From an uncultured Verrucomicrobiae bacterium (GTDB lineage: Bacteria; Verrucomicrobiota; Verrucomicrobiia; Limisphaerales; JAFGQR01): 64,000 bases of DNA. The stretch is from contig CAWBHS010000022.1 of NCBI GenBank assembly GCA_963788655.1, positions 128,001-192,000 of the forward strand, in the 5' to 3' direction. Below, piece after piece: positions 1-10,610 of this stretch; within the stretch, counting starts at the first letter, position 1, and the number at the start of each line of letters is the position of its first letter. The translations under genes and the position numbers were made by a program. The notes beneath the pieces were generated by a model that was not told where the DNA came from, did no database searches, and saw nothing but the letters and a program-made list of their open reading frames with translations.

Positions 1-403
1 CCAGGACACCACCATTCGCGGAGTGAGCCGGGCCGTGATCCTCGGGGAACAAACCTTTGGCAAAGGTTCGGTCCAAAGCATCCTGCCGTTGCCCGATGGG
101 TCGGCGCTTCGCCTGACCACGGCCAAGTATTACACGCCCAGCCACAAGGTCATTCACGAGCACGGTATTACTCCGGACATCCCCGTACCCATGTCGGATG
201 AGGAAATGCGCGACGTGTTGTTGAAGCGCATGCCGGGAGGCCTTGAGCGACTTGAACCGGCGGACCAGGAGCGGGTGCGCAACGCGCGCGATCGCCAGCT
301 TGATCGCGCGATGGATCTGCTCAAGGGCATCCGCCTCTACACCCAGGATTTGCCGCAACTCCGGAATGCGCCGGCCAAAACTGAGAAGATCGCCGCCAAA
401 TAA
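1..403 (+). CDS. C-terminal processing protease (S41 family), 3' fragment truncated by the window edge
   Basis: [16 protein letters not shown] and [22 protein letters not shown] are the conserved C-terminal motifs of CtpA/Prc proteases. Confidence 0.9.
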   Translation, partial: QDTTIRGVSRAVILGEQTFGKGSVQSILPLPDGSALRLTTAKYYTPSHKVIHEHGITPDIPVPMSDEEMRDVLLKRMPGGLERLEPADQERVRNARDRQLDRAMDLLKGIRLYTQDLPQLRNAPAKTEKIAAK

Positions 404-529
404 TTGCCAGGCTGAACGGGGCGAGACTTCATCGCTCTCGTCGCGAGCGTGGGGCCTTTGCCGGGAAGCCTTTTCGAGCAATGGTTGGGATAGAGTTCGA
501 GGCTCTTACTTAGGGGACAAGCACCAACC

Positions 530-1555
530 ATGACCCTGCTCGCCGTTGAAACATCCTGCGACGAAACCAGTGTCGCCATCATTCGCGACGGGCGGGTATT
601 GGCCAATATTGTCTCCTCGCAAATCCGTCTCCATTCGGAATATGGCGGGGTGGTTCCCGAATTGGCCACGCGCGAACACTTGCGGAACTGGCTGCCCGTG
701 GCCCGCACTGCCTTGCGCGAGGCGGCAGTCCAGGTAATGGAGATCGACGCCGTCGCCGCGACGCAGGGACCGGGCTTGCCGAATGCGTTGCTCATCGGTT
801 TCCAAGCCGCCCAAGCCCTGGCGTTCGCGCTCAATAAACCGTTTGTTGGCGTTCATCACCACGAAGCCCATTTGTATTCGCCGTGGATTGCCGGCGACCC
901 TCCGGCCGCGAACTTCGGCGCCTTCCAACCCAACGTTTCGCTGATTGTCAGCGGCGGGCACACCATGCTGGTTCACGTCCGGGCTGAACTGGAGCACCAT
1001 CTCCTCGGCGCTACGCTGGATGACGCGGCGGGTGAATGCTTTGACAAGACCGCCAAACTTATTGGATTGCCCTATCCCGGCGGACCGGAGATGGACCGTC
1101 TGGCTGAAGCCGGCAATCCGGCAACGTTCAATTTCCCTCGTCCGCTGCTGACCGAGGCCAACGACGATTTCAGTTTCTCGGGCTTGAAGACTTCCGTGCG
1201 TTACTTTCTGCAAAAGCGTCCCGAACTGCTGAACGATCCGCAGGCGTTGCGGGATCTCTGTGCCAGTGTGCAAGCGGCCATTGTCGAAGTGTTGGTCACC
1301 AAAACCATTCAGGCCGCCCGCCGGTTGGGAGTGGAGTGCGTCACCGCTTCCGGCGGCGTCACCTGCAATCGCACCTTGCGTCGCGACCTGGCCGCCGCCT
1401 GCAAAAGAAACAACCTGATCCTGCGACTGGCCGAGCGTACCCTCTGCACCGACAACGCCGCGATGATCGGCATTTTAGCGGAACGCAAATTGCGGCAACA
1501 AAAGCAGGAAACACTGCTGGACGCCGAAATTGCGCCCAACTGGGCCCTGAGATAA
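530..1555 (+). CDS. tsaD: tRNA N6-adenosine threonylcarbamoyltransferase
   Basis: LAVETSCDET, YGGVVPELATREH, HHHEAH, VSGGHT, DDAAGECFDK, FSFSGLKT and CTDNAAMIG motifs. Confidence 0.97.
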   Translation: MTLLAVETSCDETSVAIIRDGRVLANIVSSQIRLHSEYGGVVPELATREHLRNWLPVARTALREAAVQVMEIDAVAATQGPGLPNALLIGFQAAQALAFALNKPFVGVHHHEAHLYSPWIAGDPPAANFGAFQPNVSLIVSGGHTMLVHVRAELEHHLLGATLDDAAGECFDKTAKLIGLPYPGGPEMDRLAEAGNPATFNFPRPLLTEANDDFSFSGLKTSVRYFLQKRPELLNDPQALRDLCASVQAAIVEVLVTKTIQAARRLGVECVTASGGVTCNRTLRRDLAAACKRNNLILRLAERTLCTDNAAMIGILAERKLRQQKQETLLDAEIAPNWALR

Positions 1556-1694
1556 TGACCATTGACCAATAACCAATGACCACAGAAGGACCAGTTTCCA
1601 ATGACCAGTCAGCCAGTCGCAGGCGGCCGGAACCTGGATTGGAGCTTGGAGATTTGGTCATTCTTTGGGTATTGGGTATTGGTCAATGGTCATT
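1554..1694. repeat. Inverted-repeat element built from short 'caatgac'-like units
   Basis: Perfect 18-bp IR: AATGACCATTGACCAATA (1554-1571) and TATTGGTCAATGGTCATT (1677-1694), starting in the tsaD stop codon. Confidence 0.8.
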
Positions 1695-1772
1695 CCTCGT
1701 TTTGATCGCTGCGCCTTGAACTGGCCACAACCTGAGGGGCGTCAGGAACAAGTGGCTGGCGCTTGCCCCCGG

Positions 1773-1819
1773 GTCAACGGCGAAACGCCGTTAACCGCGC
1801 TCAAGACGGGCGCGCTCCC
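1773..1819 (-). repeat. Palindromic repeat family A ('GGAGCGCGCCCG...GGCG..TCGCC'), copy 1
   Basis: Reverse complement GGGAGCGCGCCCGTCTTGAGCGCGGTTAACGGCGTTTCGCCGTTGAC resembles the copies at 14592, 45791 and 51741. Confidence 0.7.
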
Positions 1820-1864
1820 TATTCATCCGGCATCCGGAATCAAGCATCCGGCATCGAAACATAT

Positions 1865-1880
1865 TGTTGACATATCAACA
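1865..1880. promoter_or_regulatory. Putative MarR operator overlapping a TTGACA -35 box
   Basis: Palindrome TGTTGA-CATA-TCAACA lies just upstream of the marR-family gene and contains TTGACA (1867-1872). Confidence 0.6.
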
Positions 1881-1902
1881 GTTGCCAGCTAGACGTAACG
1901 GC

Positions 1903-2394
1903 GTGAAACCGAAACCGGTTCAACCCGGGCCGCGGTACGCGACGTTGATTCAACTGTTGCGCACGGCCGACACGCTCTGGAACGCCAGCCGGAGCCTGTT
2001 CGCGCATTGGGAGCTTAGTCCCAGCCAATTCAATGTGCTCAATCTCCTGAACGACCAGCCGGCGGGTCTGACCCAAACCGAACTGAGCCGCCATTTGCTC
2101 ATGCACCGATCGAACCTCACCGGAATGGTGGATCGATTGGAGCAGCGCGGTTTGGTCATTCGTCGGGACAATCCCGGCGACCGCCGTACTTACTGCGTGC
2201 AACTCACGCACGCGGGTCAGCAAATCATGGGGGAGGTGCTGCCCTTTTATTACCAGGCGGCGGAAGCAGTCTGGGGCCATCTGCCCATCAAACGTGCCCG
2301 ACAATTGGTGGGCGAACTGGCCACTGTATGCGCCAACGCTGAGCGCGCCGCGGCGGGCGCTGAGGGCTTGAAACCGCCCCCGCTTCGAAGCTAG
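1903..2394 (+). CDS. MarR-family transcriptional regulator
   Basis: LSPSQFNVL...LTQTELS...RSNLTGMVDRLEQRGLVIR...DRR..VQLTHAG winged helix. GTG start at 1903 is preferred because the TTG at 1864 lies in the operator. Confidence 0.92.
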   Translation: MKPKPVQPGPRYATLIQLLRTADTLWNASRSLFAHWELSPSQFNVLNLLNDQPAGLTQTELSRHLLMHRSNLTGMVDRLEQRGLVIRRDNPGDRRTYCVQLTHAGQQIMGEVLPFYYQAAEAVWGHLPIKRARQLVGELATVCANAERAAAGAEGLKPPPLRS

Positions 2395-2411
2395 AACCGA
2401 CTCACCAGTTT

Positions 2412-3851
2412 ATGAGTTCTCAGTCCCCCAACGCGAATGCCGCCAGGTCGCCGGCCCCGTCTCAGTCGCCGGCGTTACCCGGGGCACGGCCCGCGTTGAT
2501 CTTGCTGCTGCTGATCAACCTGTTCAATTACCTGGACCGCCAGGTGCTGGCCGCGGTGGTACCCAATATCAAACAAAGCTTTTTTGGCGCGCCGGGCCAA
2601 CCGGGCGGCCTGGCGGAAACCAGCCCCGCGTTGCAGACGATGTTGGACTGGTGCCAACTGCACTTGGGATTCAAGCCGGAGAACGCGCTGATCGGGGTAT
2701 TGTCCATGGCGTTCATGGTGGTGTACATGATTGGCGCCCCAGTCTTTGGGCGACTGGCCGAACGCTGGTCGCGCTGGCTGCTGGTGGGCGTGGGGGTGAT
2801 TCTCTGGAGCCTGGCCAGCGGCGCGTCGGGTCTGGCGGCCACGTTCGGTCTCTTGCTATTGACGCGCTGTTTCGTCGGGATCGGCGAAGCGGCTTATGGG
2901 CCGGTGGCACCAGCGGTGATTTCCGATTTCTATCCGGTGAAAGTCCGCGGGCAGGTGCTGGCTTGGTTTTACATGGCAATCCCGGTCGGCAGCGCGCTCG
3001 GGTATGTAGTCGGCGAGCAGGTCGCCAAATCGTCGATTGGCCAGTGGGGCGCGAGCTGGCTGGGATTGCAATCGGAGAGCTGGCGTTGGGCGTTTTATCT
3101 GGTCGTGCCGCCAGGGATTCTGTTGGGATTGTGGTCGCTGTTCATGCGCGAACCGGCCCGGGGGCAGACCGACCTGCAACAACCGGCGCCGGCTGCCAAA
3201 GTGCGCTGGGCTGATTACCTGATCCTGTTCCGCACTCCGTCCTACGTTCTGTGTACGCTCGGCATGTGCGGCATGACGTTTGCCATGGGCGGCATCGGCT
3301 TTTGGATGCCGTATTACCTGGAGAACCGGCCTGGAGCCAGCGGGTCGCCCACCACCCTCTTCGGGGCCATCGTGGTGGTGGCTGGATTAACTGCCACGTT
3401 GCTGGGTGGCTTCGCCGGCGACAAGCTGCGGTCCCGTTTTCCCGGCTCGTATTTCCTCGTTTCCGGCGCGGCGATGCTCACCGGTTTTCCGCTGTTCCTG
3501 CTGGTGTTGAAAGCACCGTTTCCCTGGATCTGGCTGTTCGTTTTCCTGGCGGTCTTTTGCCTGTTTTTCAATACCGGTCCCACCAATACGATCCTCGCGA
3601 ACGTCACCCATCCGGCCATGCGCACCGCGGGCTTCGCCTTGAACATTCTGATCATCCATTCGCTGGGCGATGTAATTTCGCCGGTCATCATCGGCATCCT
3701 CAGCGACAAGTACAACATGAACGTGGCCTTCTTTGTAGTCGGCCTGATGTTCCTGGCCAGCGGCATCCTGTGGCTGTGCGGCGCGCGGTTCCTGGCACGG
3801 GACACGGAACTCGCGCCCACGCGACTCAACTCAGCGAAACACTCCTTATGA
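2412..3851 (+). CDS. MFS transporter, Spinster-like
   Basis: INLFNYLDRQVL, RCFVGIGEAAY..VAPAVISDFYP...R, WFYMAIPVGSALGY, WRWAF and IHSLGDVISP match the Spinster (Spns) subfamily; about 12 hydrophobic segments. Confidence 0.88.
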   Translation: MSSQSPNANAARSPAPSQSPALPGARPALILLLLINLFNYLDRQVLAAVVPNIKQSFFGAPGQPGGLAETSPALQTMLDWCQLHLGFKPENALIGVLSMAFMVVYMIGAPVFGRLAERWSRWLLVGVGVILWSLASGASGLAATFGLLLLTRCFVGIGEAAYGPVAPAVISDFYPVKVRGQVLAWFYMAIPVGSALGYVVGEQVAKSSIGQWGASWLGLQSESWRWAFYLVVPPGILLGLWSLFMREPARGQTDLQQPAPAAKVRWADYLILFRTPSYVLCTLGMCGMTFAMGGIGFWMPYYLENRPGASGSPTTLFGAIVVVAGLTATLLGGFAGDKLRSRFPGSYFLVSGAAMLTGFPLFLLVLKAPFPWIWLFVFLAVFCLFFNTGPTNTILANVTHPAMRTAGFALNILIIHSLGDVISPVIIGILSDKYNMNVAFFVVGLMFLASGILWLCGARFLARDTELAPTRLNSAKHSL

Positions 3852-6016
3852 CTTGGTTGCTCCGACTCCTCGTTCGTCTGCTTTTCCGGTTCCGCGCCTT
3901 CAATACCGAAGTGCTGAACACGCCCGGACCGGTGCTGCTGCTGCCCAATCATGTTTCGTGGATTGACTGGTTGTTCCTTGGTGTTTGCCTCGAAGACGAT
4001 TGGCGGTTCGTGACCTCGATGGAAATGGTGCAGAAAGGCCATCGCTGGATGCGGACAATCATCGACAACCGGCGCACGTTTCCAGTCGATACGATGTCCC
4101 CATACACGGTGCGGCGCCTGGCCGAATACCTGCAAAAAGGCGGCCGGTTGGTGTTGTTTGCCGAAGGCCGATTGTCGCGGACCGGCACGCTAATGAAACT
4201 GTTCGATGGCACCGGATTTCTGCTGCACAAAACCGGCGCCAAGGTCATCACCGCCTACCTGCGTGGCGCCCAACGATTGCCCTTGTCACCCAATCGCGAA
4301 CGGAAGCAATGGTTCCCGCGCGTTACGGCCCATTTCGGCGCGCTCCAGACACCGCCGCGCGTGGAACATCTCAGCACGGCCAAAACCCGCGCCGTGTTGA
4401 CCACCTGGCTCCGCGATCAACTGGTGCGCCAGCAGTTCGAAGTCGAAATGCAGTTGGGCCCCGCCACCGTGCCGGAAGCCATCGTGGCCACCGCCGCGCG
4501 CCTGCCCGGATTCAACATCATGGAAGATGTGACCGGCAAACTGTCTTATCGCCAGTTGCTGGTCGGCGCGGATTTGCTGGCACGCCAATGGGAGAAACTG
4601 CTACCGGCCGCCAACCGTGTGGCCACCGCCGCGCAGCCGGAACGGGTCGGCGTGCTCCTGCCGAATGTCAGCGGGATGCCGACATCGTTGCTCAGTTTGT
4701 GGCTGGCCGGCAAGGTGCCGGCGATTCTGAATTACTCGACCGGCATGAACACCATGCTGGCGTGCGCCCAACTGGCCGGCTTGAAGCACATCATTACTTC
4801 GCGCGGCTTCCTGGAGCGCGCTCGGATTCCCAGCGAACCATTCACGCAAGCCGGCATTGAGTTGCTCTTCGTCGAGGACGTGCGCCCGCGGATTTCCGGT
4901 ACTGCAAAACTCGCGGCACTATTGCGGGTGTCATTCAATCCACATTCGGTTCTCCGGCGCGGTTCGTCGGGCGAAACCGCCGCCGTGATCCTGTTCACCA
5001 GCGGTTCGGAAGGCGTGCCGAAAGGCGTCGAGCTGACTCATACCAACCTGCTGGCCAACATCCGGCAGGTGCTGGCGACGGCGGATCTGCAAGACACCGA
5101 CCGCGTGTTCAATGCGCTGCCATTGTTCCATAGCTTTGGCCTGACGGTGGGCATGTTGCTGGGATTGGTGCGCGGGCTTTATGTGTTTCTCTACATTTCG
5201 CCGTTGCACTACCGCGTGGTGCCCACGGTGTTTTACGACCGCGACTGCACCATTTTGCTGGGGACCAATACGTTTCTGAACGGTTATGCGCGCAAGGCCC
5301 ACACTTATGATTTTCGTAGTTTGCGCTACCTGTTTGCGGGCGCGGAAAAGCTTCAGGACAACACGGCCAAGGTGTGGGCCCAGCGTTTTGGCGTGCGCGT
5401 GCTCGAAGGTTACGGCGCCACCGAGTGCAGTCCTTGCATCAGCGTGTGTACGCCGCTGCAACCGCAGCACGGTTCGGCGGGCCGTTTCCTGCCCGGCCTT
5501 GACCATCGGCTCGAACCGGTCGAAGGCGTCGATAACGGCGGCCGGCTGTTCGTGCGCGGACCAAACGTCATGCGCGGCTATCTGAATCCGGAAGCCAATG
5601 CGCAGTTTCAAGCGCTGGATGGCTGGTATGACACCGGCGACATTGCGTCGGTGGACGAGGCCGGATTTGTTCACATTCTGGGCCGCCTGAAACGCTTCGC
5701 CAAAATCAGCGGCGAAATGGTGAGCCTGACGGCCGTTGAGGATGCCTTGGCCGGCACGTTTCCGCATTACGGTTTGCGCTGCCAAGTGGCCATCGTCAGT
5801 CGGCCGGACAGTGACAAAGGCGAAGTGCTGGTGGCAGTAACCAACGAATCCAAACTTCAGCTCGACGAAATTCGCGCTGCGCTCCGCGCCAAAGGACTGC
5901 CCAACTTGTGCGCGCCACGCGAACTCAAGCTCGTCAAAGAAATCCCGAAGTTGGGCACCGGCAAAGTCAATCACCGCGAACTGGCAAACGTCTTGAAGTC
6001 CCAAGCAGCGACGTAG
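3848..6016 (+). CDS. aas: Bifunctional acyltransferase / acyl-ACP synthetase (Aas-like)
   Basis: N-terminal PlsC domain (PNHVSWID, FAEGRLS) plus AMP-binding domain (FTSGSEGVPKGV, EGYGATE, YDTGD, GRLKRFAKISGEM, PKLGTGK). ATG 3848 overlaps the MFS stop (ATGA). Confidence 0.9.
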   Translation: MTWLLRLLVRLLFRFRAFNTEVLNTPGPVLLLPNHVSWIDWLFLGVCLEDDWRFVTSMEMVQKGHRWMRTIIDNRRTFPVDTMSPYTVRRLAEYLQKGGRLVLFAEGRLSRTGTLMKLFDGTGFLLHKTGAKVITAYLRGAQRLPLSPNRERKQWFPRVTAHFGALQTPPRVEHLSTAKTRAVLTTWLRDQLVRQQFEVEMQLGPATVPEAIVATAARLPGFNIMEDVTGKLSYRQLLVGADLLARQWEKLLPAANRVATAAQPERVGVLLPNVSGMPTSLLSLWLAGKVPAILNYSTGMNTMLACAQLAGLKHIITSRGFLERARIPSEPFTQAGIELLFVEDVRPRISGTAKLAALLRVSFNPHSVLRRGSSGETAAVILFTSGSEGVPKGVELTHTNLLANIRQVLATADLQDTDRVFNALPLFHSFGLTVGMLLGLVRGLYVFLYISPLHYRVVPTVFYDRDCTILLGTNTFLNGYARKAHTYDFRSLRYLFAGAEKLQDNTAKVWAQRFGVRVLEGYGATECSPCISVCTPLQPQHGSAGRFLPGLDHRLEPVEGVDNGGRLFVRGPNVMRGYLNPEANAQFQALDGWYDTGDIASVDEAGFVHILGRLKRFAKISGEMVSLTAVEDALAGTFPHYGLRCQVAIVSRPDSDKGEVLVAVTNESKLQLDEIRAALRAKGLPNLCAPRELKLVKEIPKLGTGKVNHRELANVLKSQAAT

Positions 6017-6062
6017 AAGTATGGACGCGAAAATGAGCGCCAGGTCGAACACTGCGAAACTG

Positions 6063-6170
6063 AAAGCGGGAGCAAGCTCCACGCACTCCCAACGCTGGCG
6101 CGCAATTCGGAAAGACCAGGCAGAACGTCGCGTCAACGTTTGGAGTGCGTCCGGCTTGCCGGCGCTTTTG
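6063..6170. repeat. Palindromic repeat family B (doublet, '...GCACTCCAAACGCTGGCGCG'), copy 1
   Basis: AAAGCGGGAGCAAGCTCCACGCACTCC and TTTGGAGTGCGTCCGGCTTGCCGGCGCTTT; both halves recur as reverse complements at 57047-57190. Confidence 0.8.
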
Positions 6171-6209
6171 AACGGAGCGTGAAACAGGGATAAGGAACAA
6201 GAATCGCTT

Positions 6210-7373
6210 TTGAAAACGGAAAGCTCACAACCAGCCAAACGTGCTCGCTCCGATAGCGCAGCGTCCCGCCAACCGCGAACGTCTCGCAAAAAATGGTGGC
6301 GCCGTTTGCTGCTGGGCTTGGCCATATTGCCGTTGGTCGGCATTGCCGGTTGCGCGCTGCTGTTTCAAGGGCCGTATTTGCCGCCGCAGCCGCTGCCCGA
6401 CGAACCATGCTTGGACATGCACTGTCACGTGGCTGGCATTGGCGCGGGGAACAGCGGTTGTTTCATTTCCGAACACCTGCGGAACAGCTACAAATTCGGC
6501 ATCTACTTGCGCAGCTTTGGGGTCACGAAAAAGGAGGTGGAGCAGCAAGGCGACGCCCTCATTGTGCGCCGGTTGTCCGAACAAATTGCCGCCAGCCGGC
6601 ACGTGGACCAAGCCATCATCCTGGCCATGGACGGCGTGGTCAATAACGCGGGCGAATTGGACCGCCAGCGCACTGAATTTTATGTGCCCAACGAATTCGT
6701 GGCGCAGCAAACTGCCAAATACACCAACCTCCTCTTCGGCGCGAGCATCAATCCCTACCGGCATGATGCGCTGGAGCGTCTCGAATGGGCGCATGCCCAC
6801 GGCGCCAGACTGATCAAGTGGCTGCCCTCCATCATGCTCATCGATCCAGGTGACGAACGACTGGTGCCGTTTTATCGCAAGCTGGTCGAGTTGAAGATGC
6901 CCCTGCTCACGCATGCCGGGAAGGAACGGTCCTTCACGCACGCACGCGACGAGTTTGCGGACCCGGAGCGTCTGGAATTGCCGTTGCGCCTGGGCGTCAC
7001 CGTCATTGCGGCGCACGTGGCATCCACCGGATCGCACGCCGGCGAACGCGATACCGATCGCCTGGCTCGCCTGATGACGCAACATACCAACTTGTGGACC
7101 GACATCTCGTCCCTAACCCAGTTCAACAAGCTTGGTTATCTACGCGAGGCCTTGCAGCGCCCGGCGTTCCAAGGACGATTGCTCTACGGCACGGACTATC
7201 CCCTGATCAACACGCTCATGGTGTCGCCCTGGTATTTTCCGTTGAACCTCAAAGTGCGCCAAATGTGGAAGATCAGCCGGATCGACAATCCCTGGGACCG
7301 GGATGTCGCCTTGAAGCAAGCGCTCGGGGTGCCTCCCGAGGTGTTTCGGCGGGCTGACCAAATCCTTCGCTGA
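6210..7373 (+). CDS. Membrane-anchored or exported amidohydrolase (Amidohydro_2-type TIM barrel)
   Basis: DMHCH metal motif, GASINPYR, LLTHAG, IAAH, LLYGTDYP and an N-terminal TM segment. Start codon uncertain. Confidence 0.85.
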   Translation: MKTESSQPAKRARSDSAASRQPRTSRKKWWRRLLLGLAILPLVGIAGCALLFQGPYLPPQPLPDEPCLDMHCHVAGIGAGNSGCFISEHLRNSYKFGIYLRSFGVTKKEVEQQGDALIVRRLSEQIAASRHVDQAIILAMDGVVNNAGELDRQRTEFYVPNEFVAQQTAKYTNLLFGASINPYRHDALERLEWAHAHGARLIKWLPSIMLIDPGDERLVPFYRKLVELKMPLLTHAGKERSFTHARDEFADPERLELPLRLGVTVIAAHVASTGSHAGERDTDRLARLMTQHTNLWTDISSLTQFNKLGYLREALQRPAFQGRLLYGTDYPLINTLMVSPWYFPLNLKVRQMWKISRIDNPWDRDVALKQALGVPPEVFRRADQILR

Positions 7374-7375
7374 CA

Positions 7376-8196
7376 ATGGACGACGAATTGCAGTCACTGC
7401 AAATCCGCATCCACGGCGAAGGCCATAGTCCGACGCTGATTTACTTGCCGGGCATCCACGGTGACTGGACTTTGATCACCGAATTTCGCAAAGCCATTCA
7501 GGAGCAGGTTCGTTTGGTGGAGTTCAGTTACCCGCGCAGCCTCACGTGGTCGCTGGATGATTATGCGGCTGCCGTCGAGCAGGCCTTGCGCGAGCATCAG
7601 ATCGCCGAAGGCTGGTGGCTGGGCGAATCGTTCAGCTCGCAAGTGACCTGGGCGTTGCTCGGCCGTGAGCAGGCACGTGCCCGCGCGGGTGAAACTGGAT
7701 TTCGTGCTCAAGGCGTGATCCTCGCCGGTGGTTTTGTTCGGTACCCGGGGGATGGTTTGTGAAGCTGGGCTGGCAGTTGAGCCCGTTGCTGCCGCACGGA
7801 GCGTTGAAAGTCCTGTTTGGAATGTATCGGCGTTACGCCAAGCTGCGTCATCGACACTCGCCGGAGTCACAAGTGAACGTTGCGGAGTTCATCCGGCGGC
7901 GCCTCGAACCTGCCGATCGGCTGGCCATCCGGCACCGGCTCAAGTTGATCGCCGACTACGATCCGCGGGCAATCGCGCAGAAGGCGCAACTGCCCGTCCA
8001 TTCGCTGGTGGGATTGGTCGATCCGGTGGTGCCCAGTCTGCCGGTCTGCCGCTGGCTCAAGCGCAATTGTCCGGGTTACCGTGGCACCCGCGTGGTTGTT
8101 GGAGCCGATCATAATGTGCTGGGAAGTGCTCCGCGCCAGTCGGTCGAGCAAATTCTTCGCTGGTTGCGGGAGGAAGAATCGTCTGCGCGGCAATAG
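7376..8196 (+). CDS. Alpha/beta hydrolase split by a frameshift at the G run 7747-7751
   Basis: LIYLPGIHG, LGESFSS nucleophile elbow, then DPVV and GADHNVL in the second frame. Adding one G joins ORFs 7376-7762 and 7759-8196. Confidence 0.75.
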
Positions 8197-8279
8197 TGTT
8201 TTTGAGATACCGATGGGGCCATACGGCTACGACTTGCTGACGGAGCGTAGCCGGCAATGCCAAATCCGCGAGGCGGCCA

Positions 8280-8463
8280 GCCGAATCTGCCGGGTGAGAT
8301 TCAAGCGACGGTCAATTTGAAACAGGTTTCCTGGGGAACGGAACTGAACATCACCCAGGAAGGAATCCCCGCGGCCATTCCCGCCGAAGCATACTACCTC
8401 GGCTGGCAGGAATCCCTGGCGCTGTTGGCCAAATTGGTCGAGGCGGAGATGATCGGCTGTTAA
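8280..8463 (+). pseudogene. C-terminal remnant of an SRPBCC/AHSA1-domain protein
   Basis: PNLPGEIQATVNLKQVSWGTELNITQEGIPAAIPAEAYYLGWQESLALLAKLVE is the typical C-terminal part; no N-terminal half was seen. Confidence 0.7.
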
Positions 8464-8655
8464 ATCCATTCCAATCGAACGGTGGACTGTCCGCGACGCT
8501 CCTCGATCGAAAACTCGCTCGCCTCGGCCTTGAGCGTCGCTGGGCCGGGCCTGAAGTTCCAGCAAATGATTGAGAGCGGCGGCGCAATAAACGATACTGG
8601 CGCCATGATGCGATGACAACCACGTGGCCAGCACCGAGGTTGCCCTGGATATTGG

Positions 8656-10603
8656 TCAGTCCCCCAAAAATCTTTTCCGATCCGCCTGCCAGAGACGGTC
8701 CAATTCCGCGTGGCTCGGCGGTTCACCAATCTTCCGCCAGCCCTGGCCTTCGTGTTGTATCTCGGGACGCCCGGCCAACAGTGCGGTGTATGGTTTGAAC
8801 CGACGCAGCACCGCTTTACCCAACAACGGGCGCACATGAATCATGTTCGAGTAAGTCAACCGTCCGCCAAATTCCAGTTCGGCTTGGATGGCACTCACGA
8901 TGGCATTCGTCTCCGCGCCTTTGGCGGCCTGGTCGAGGCCGTGCCGCAAATACAAGTAGTGCCAATACATCCGCAGTTGATCGACGCGCTCTCGATATTG
9001 CGGCAAATCCCGAACCAATCCGGCCGCTTCGTCGAGGTCACGGAAGGAGGCTTGCATGGTTTGGAGATTGAATTTCGCCGCCGGCGGCTCGTTGGAAGGT
9101 TGTCCATCGGCCTCAGAGGTCTTCGATTTTGTCCGGTTCTCCGATACCGCCGCTGAAGGTCCGTACCAACGGACATAGTAACGTTCCATCACCGCCGCCG
9201 CCGGACCGAACGCCGCTTGGTAAAAGTCACGGAGCACAGCAGGCACGTCCGCATCCACGTCCCACATCAACTGCGCCGCCAGATAATATCCCAGCCCGCG
9301 TGGTCCCCAATTGTTCGAAGCTTCGGCATTGATACTCGTCACGCCTTGGCGATGAAAGAACCGTAATTCCTTTTGCAGGGCCGCCGGCGTCAGTTTGCCA
9401 GGCGACGGATAATCCCAATCCCACTGATAAACGCTGTAGTAGTCGCGGATGCCGATTTGGGCGGCCCGCGCGCGCCAGGCATCCAGTTGGGCTTCCCAAC
9501 TCAGATCGGTGCGCCGGAAGGCCGTGGTGGTTTGAACGAACACATTCGAGCGGAGTTGGAAGGAGGGCGGATGCGAATACGCACTGTAAGCGTAAGAACC
9601 GATCAGTGTATCAGGATATTTCACCGCCACCGCGGCAGCCACCTGGTTGATGAAATGAAAGAGCGTTTCCGAAGTCACGTTCACCACGACGCCGTCGGGG
9701 CGCTTGGCGAAATAGGTGCCATGTTCCGCGTATGATTTGGCTCCCTGGAACACGGCGAAACAACGGTCGCACTCGCAGTAGCCCAGCCCGTCCGGCGGGC
9801 TCATGGAAATCATCGCTACACCGTGCGCGGCCTGGGCCAAGGCGTCCTTGATGGCCCGCGCGACCACCGCCGGGTGACTGTAACAGGGCTTCGTGGGTTG
9901 GCGCTTGCCATTCACCAGCGCAAACCAATCCGGGTGTTCGGCGAAATCCTTGTTGAAGTCCAAGCCGTGTCGGCTGTGCCCGATGGAAATGGCAATCGGT
10001 CCGCCCATGCGATTATGTCGCTGCCAAGCCTCGAAGTCCTGGGCACACGGAGGATAGGCCCCATAGCCATACCAGATTTTGCGCTGCACCGGGAAATCGG
10101 GGCGGCTACGTTGGTTCCAAGCGCCCGTAATCGTGCGCTGCCGCGGCACCACCTCCCACGTCTTGCCGGGAAAAAACCAGCGGCAGCCCAGGGATTGCAG
10201 GAAGGTTGTCACCGCGTGTTGCACGCCGGACGTCTGATTGGCGATGAGTAGCAGATTCGTTCCGTCGCTTCTCAGGATAAAACCTTCCCCGCCCAGTTTG
10301 GATACATTCGTGAGCGTCAGCCATGGGAAGTCCGCCGCCAAATCCGACGTACAGACCATGGGCAGTGGCCTTCGGTTGGCCCACTGCCAATTCCGTTCCG
10401 GCAATCTCGTGGAGATAATGCTGCAATTCGGCGACGGGTGCGGCCACGCTGCCGGGCAACAACGCCATTTGCGGAACACCATCCTGGATCAGCGTGACTG
10501 GTTGTGCGGCCAACCAAATCGGAAGCGCCGCCAAACCGAATGCGCAAACACGGAGCGTTCGCGCCATCCGGCCAGCCAGCGGTTTTCGGGAGGCAGAAGA
10601 CAT
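8656..10603 (-). CDS. Secreted DUF4838-domain protein (GH-like), frameshifted near 10341
   Basis: Signal peptide and AELQHYLHEIAG in ORF 10106-10603 continue as GEGFILRS...FLQSLGCRWFFPG, HPDWFALVNGKR, CECDRC and YAYSAYSHPP. Removing one base restores GLYVGLAADFPW. Confidence 0.8.
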
Positions 10604-10610
10604 ACGGTGA

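Noticed and set aside
3251..3847. N-terminal extension of the aas ORF
   Set aside because: It overlaps the MFS gene out of frame, and an ATGA-coupled start exists at 3848.
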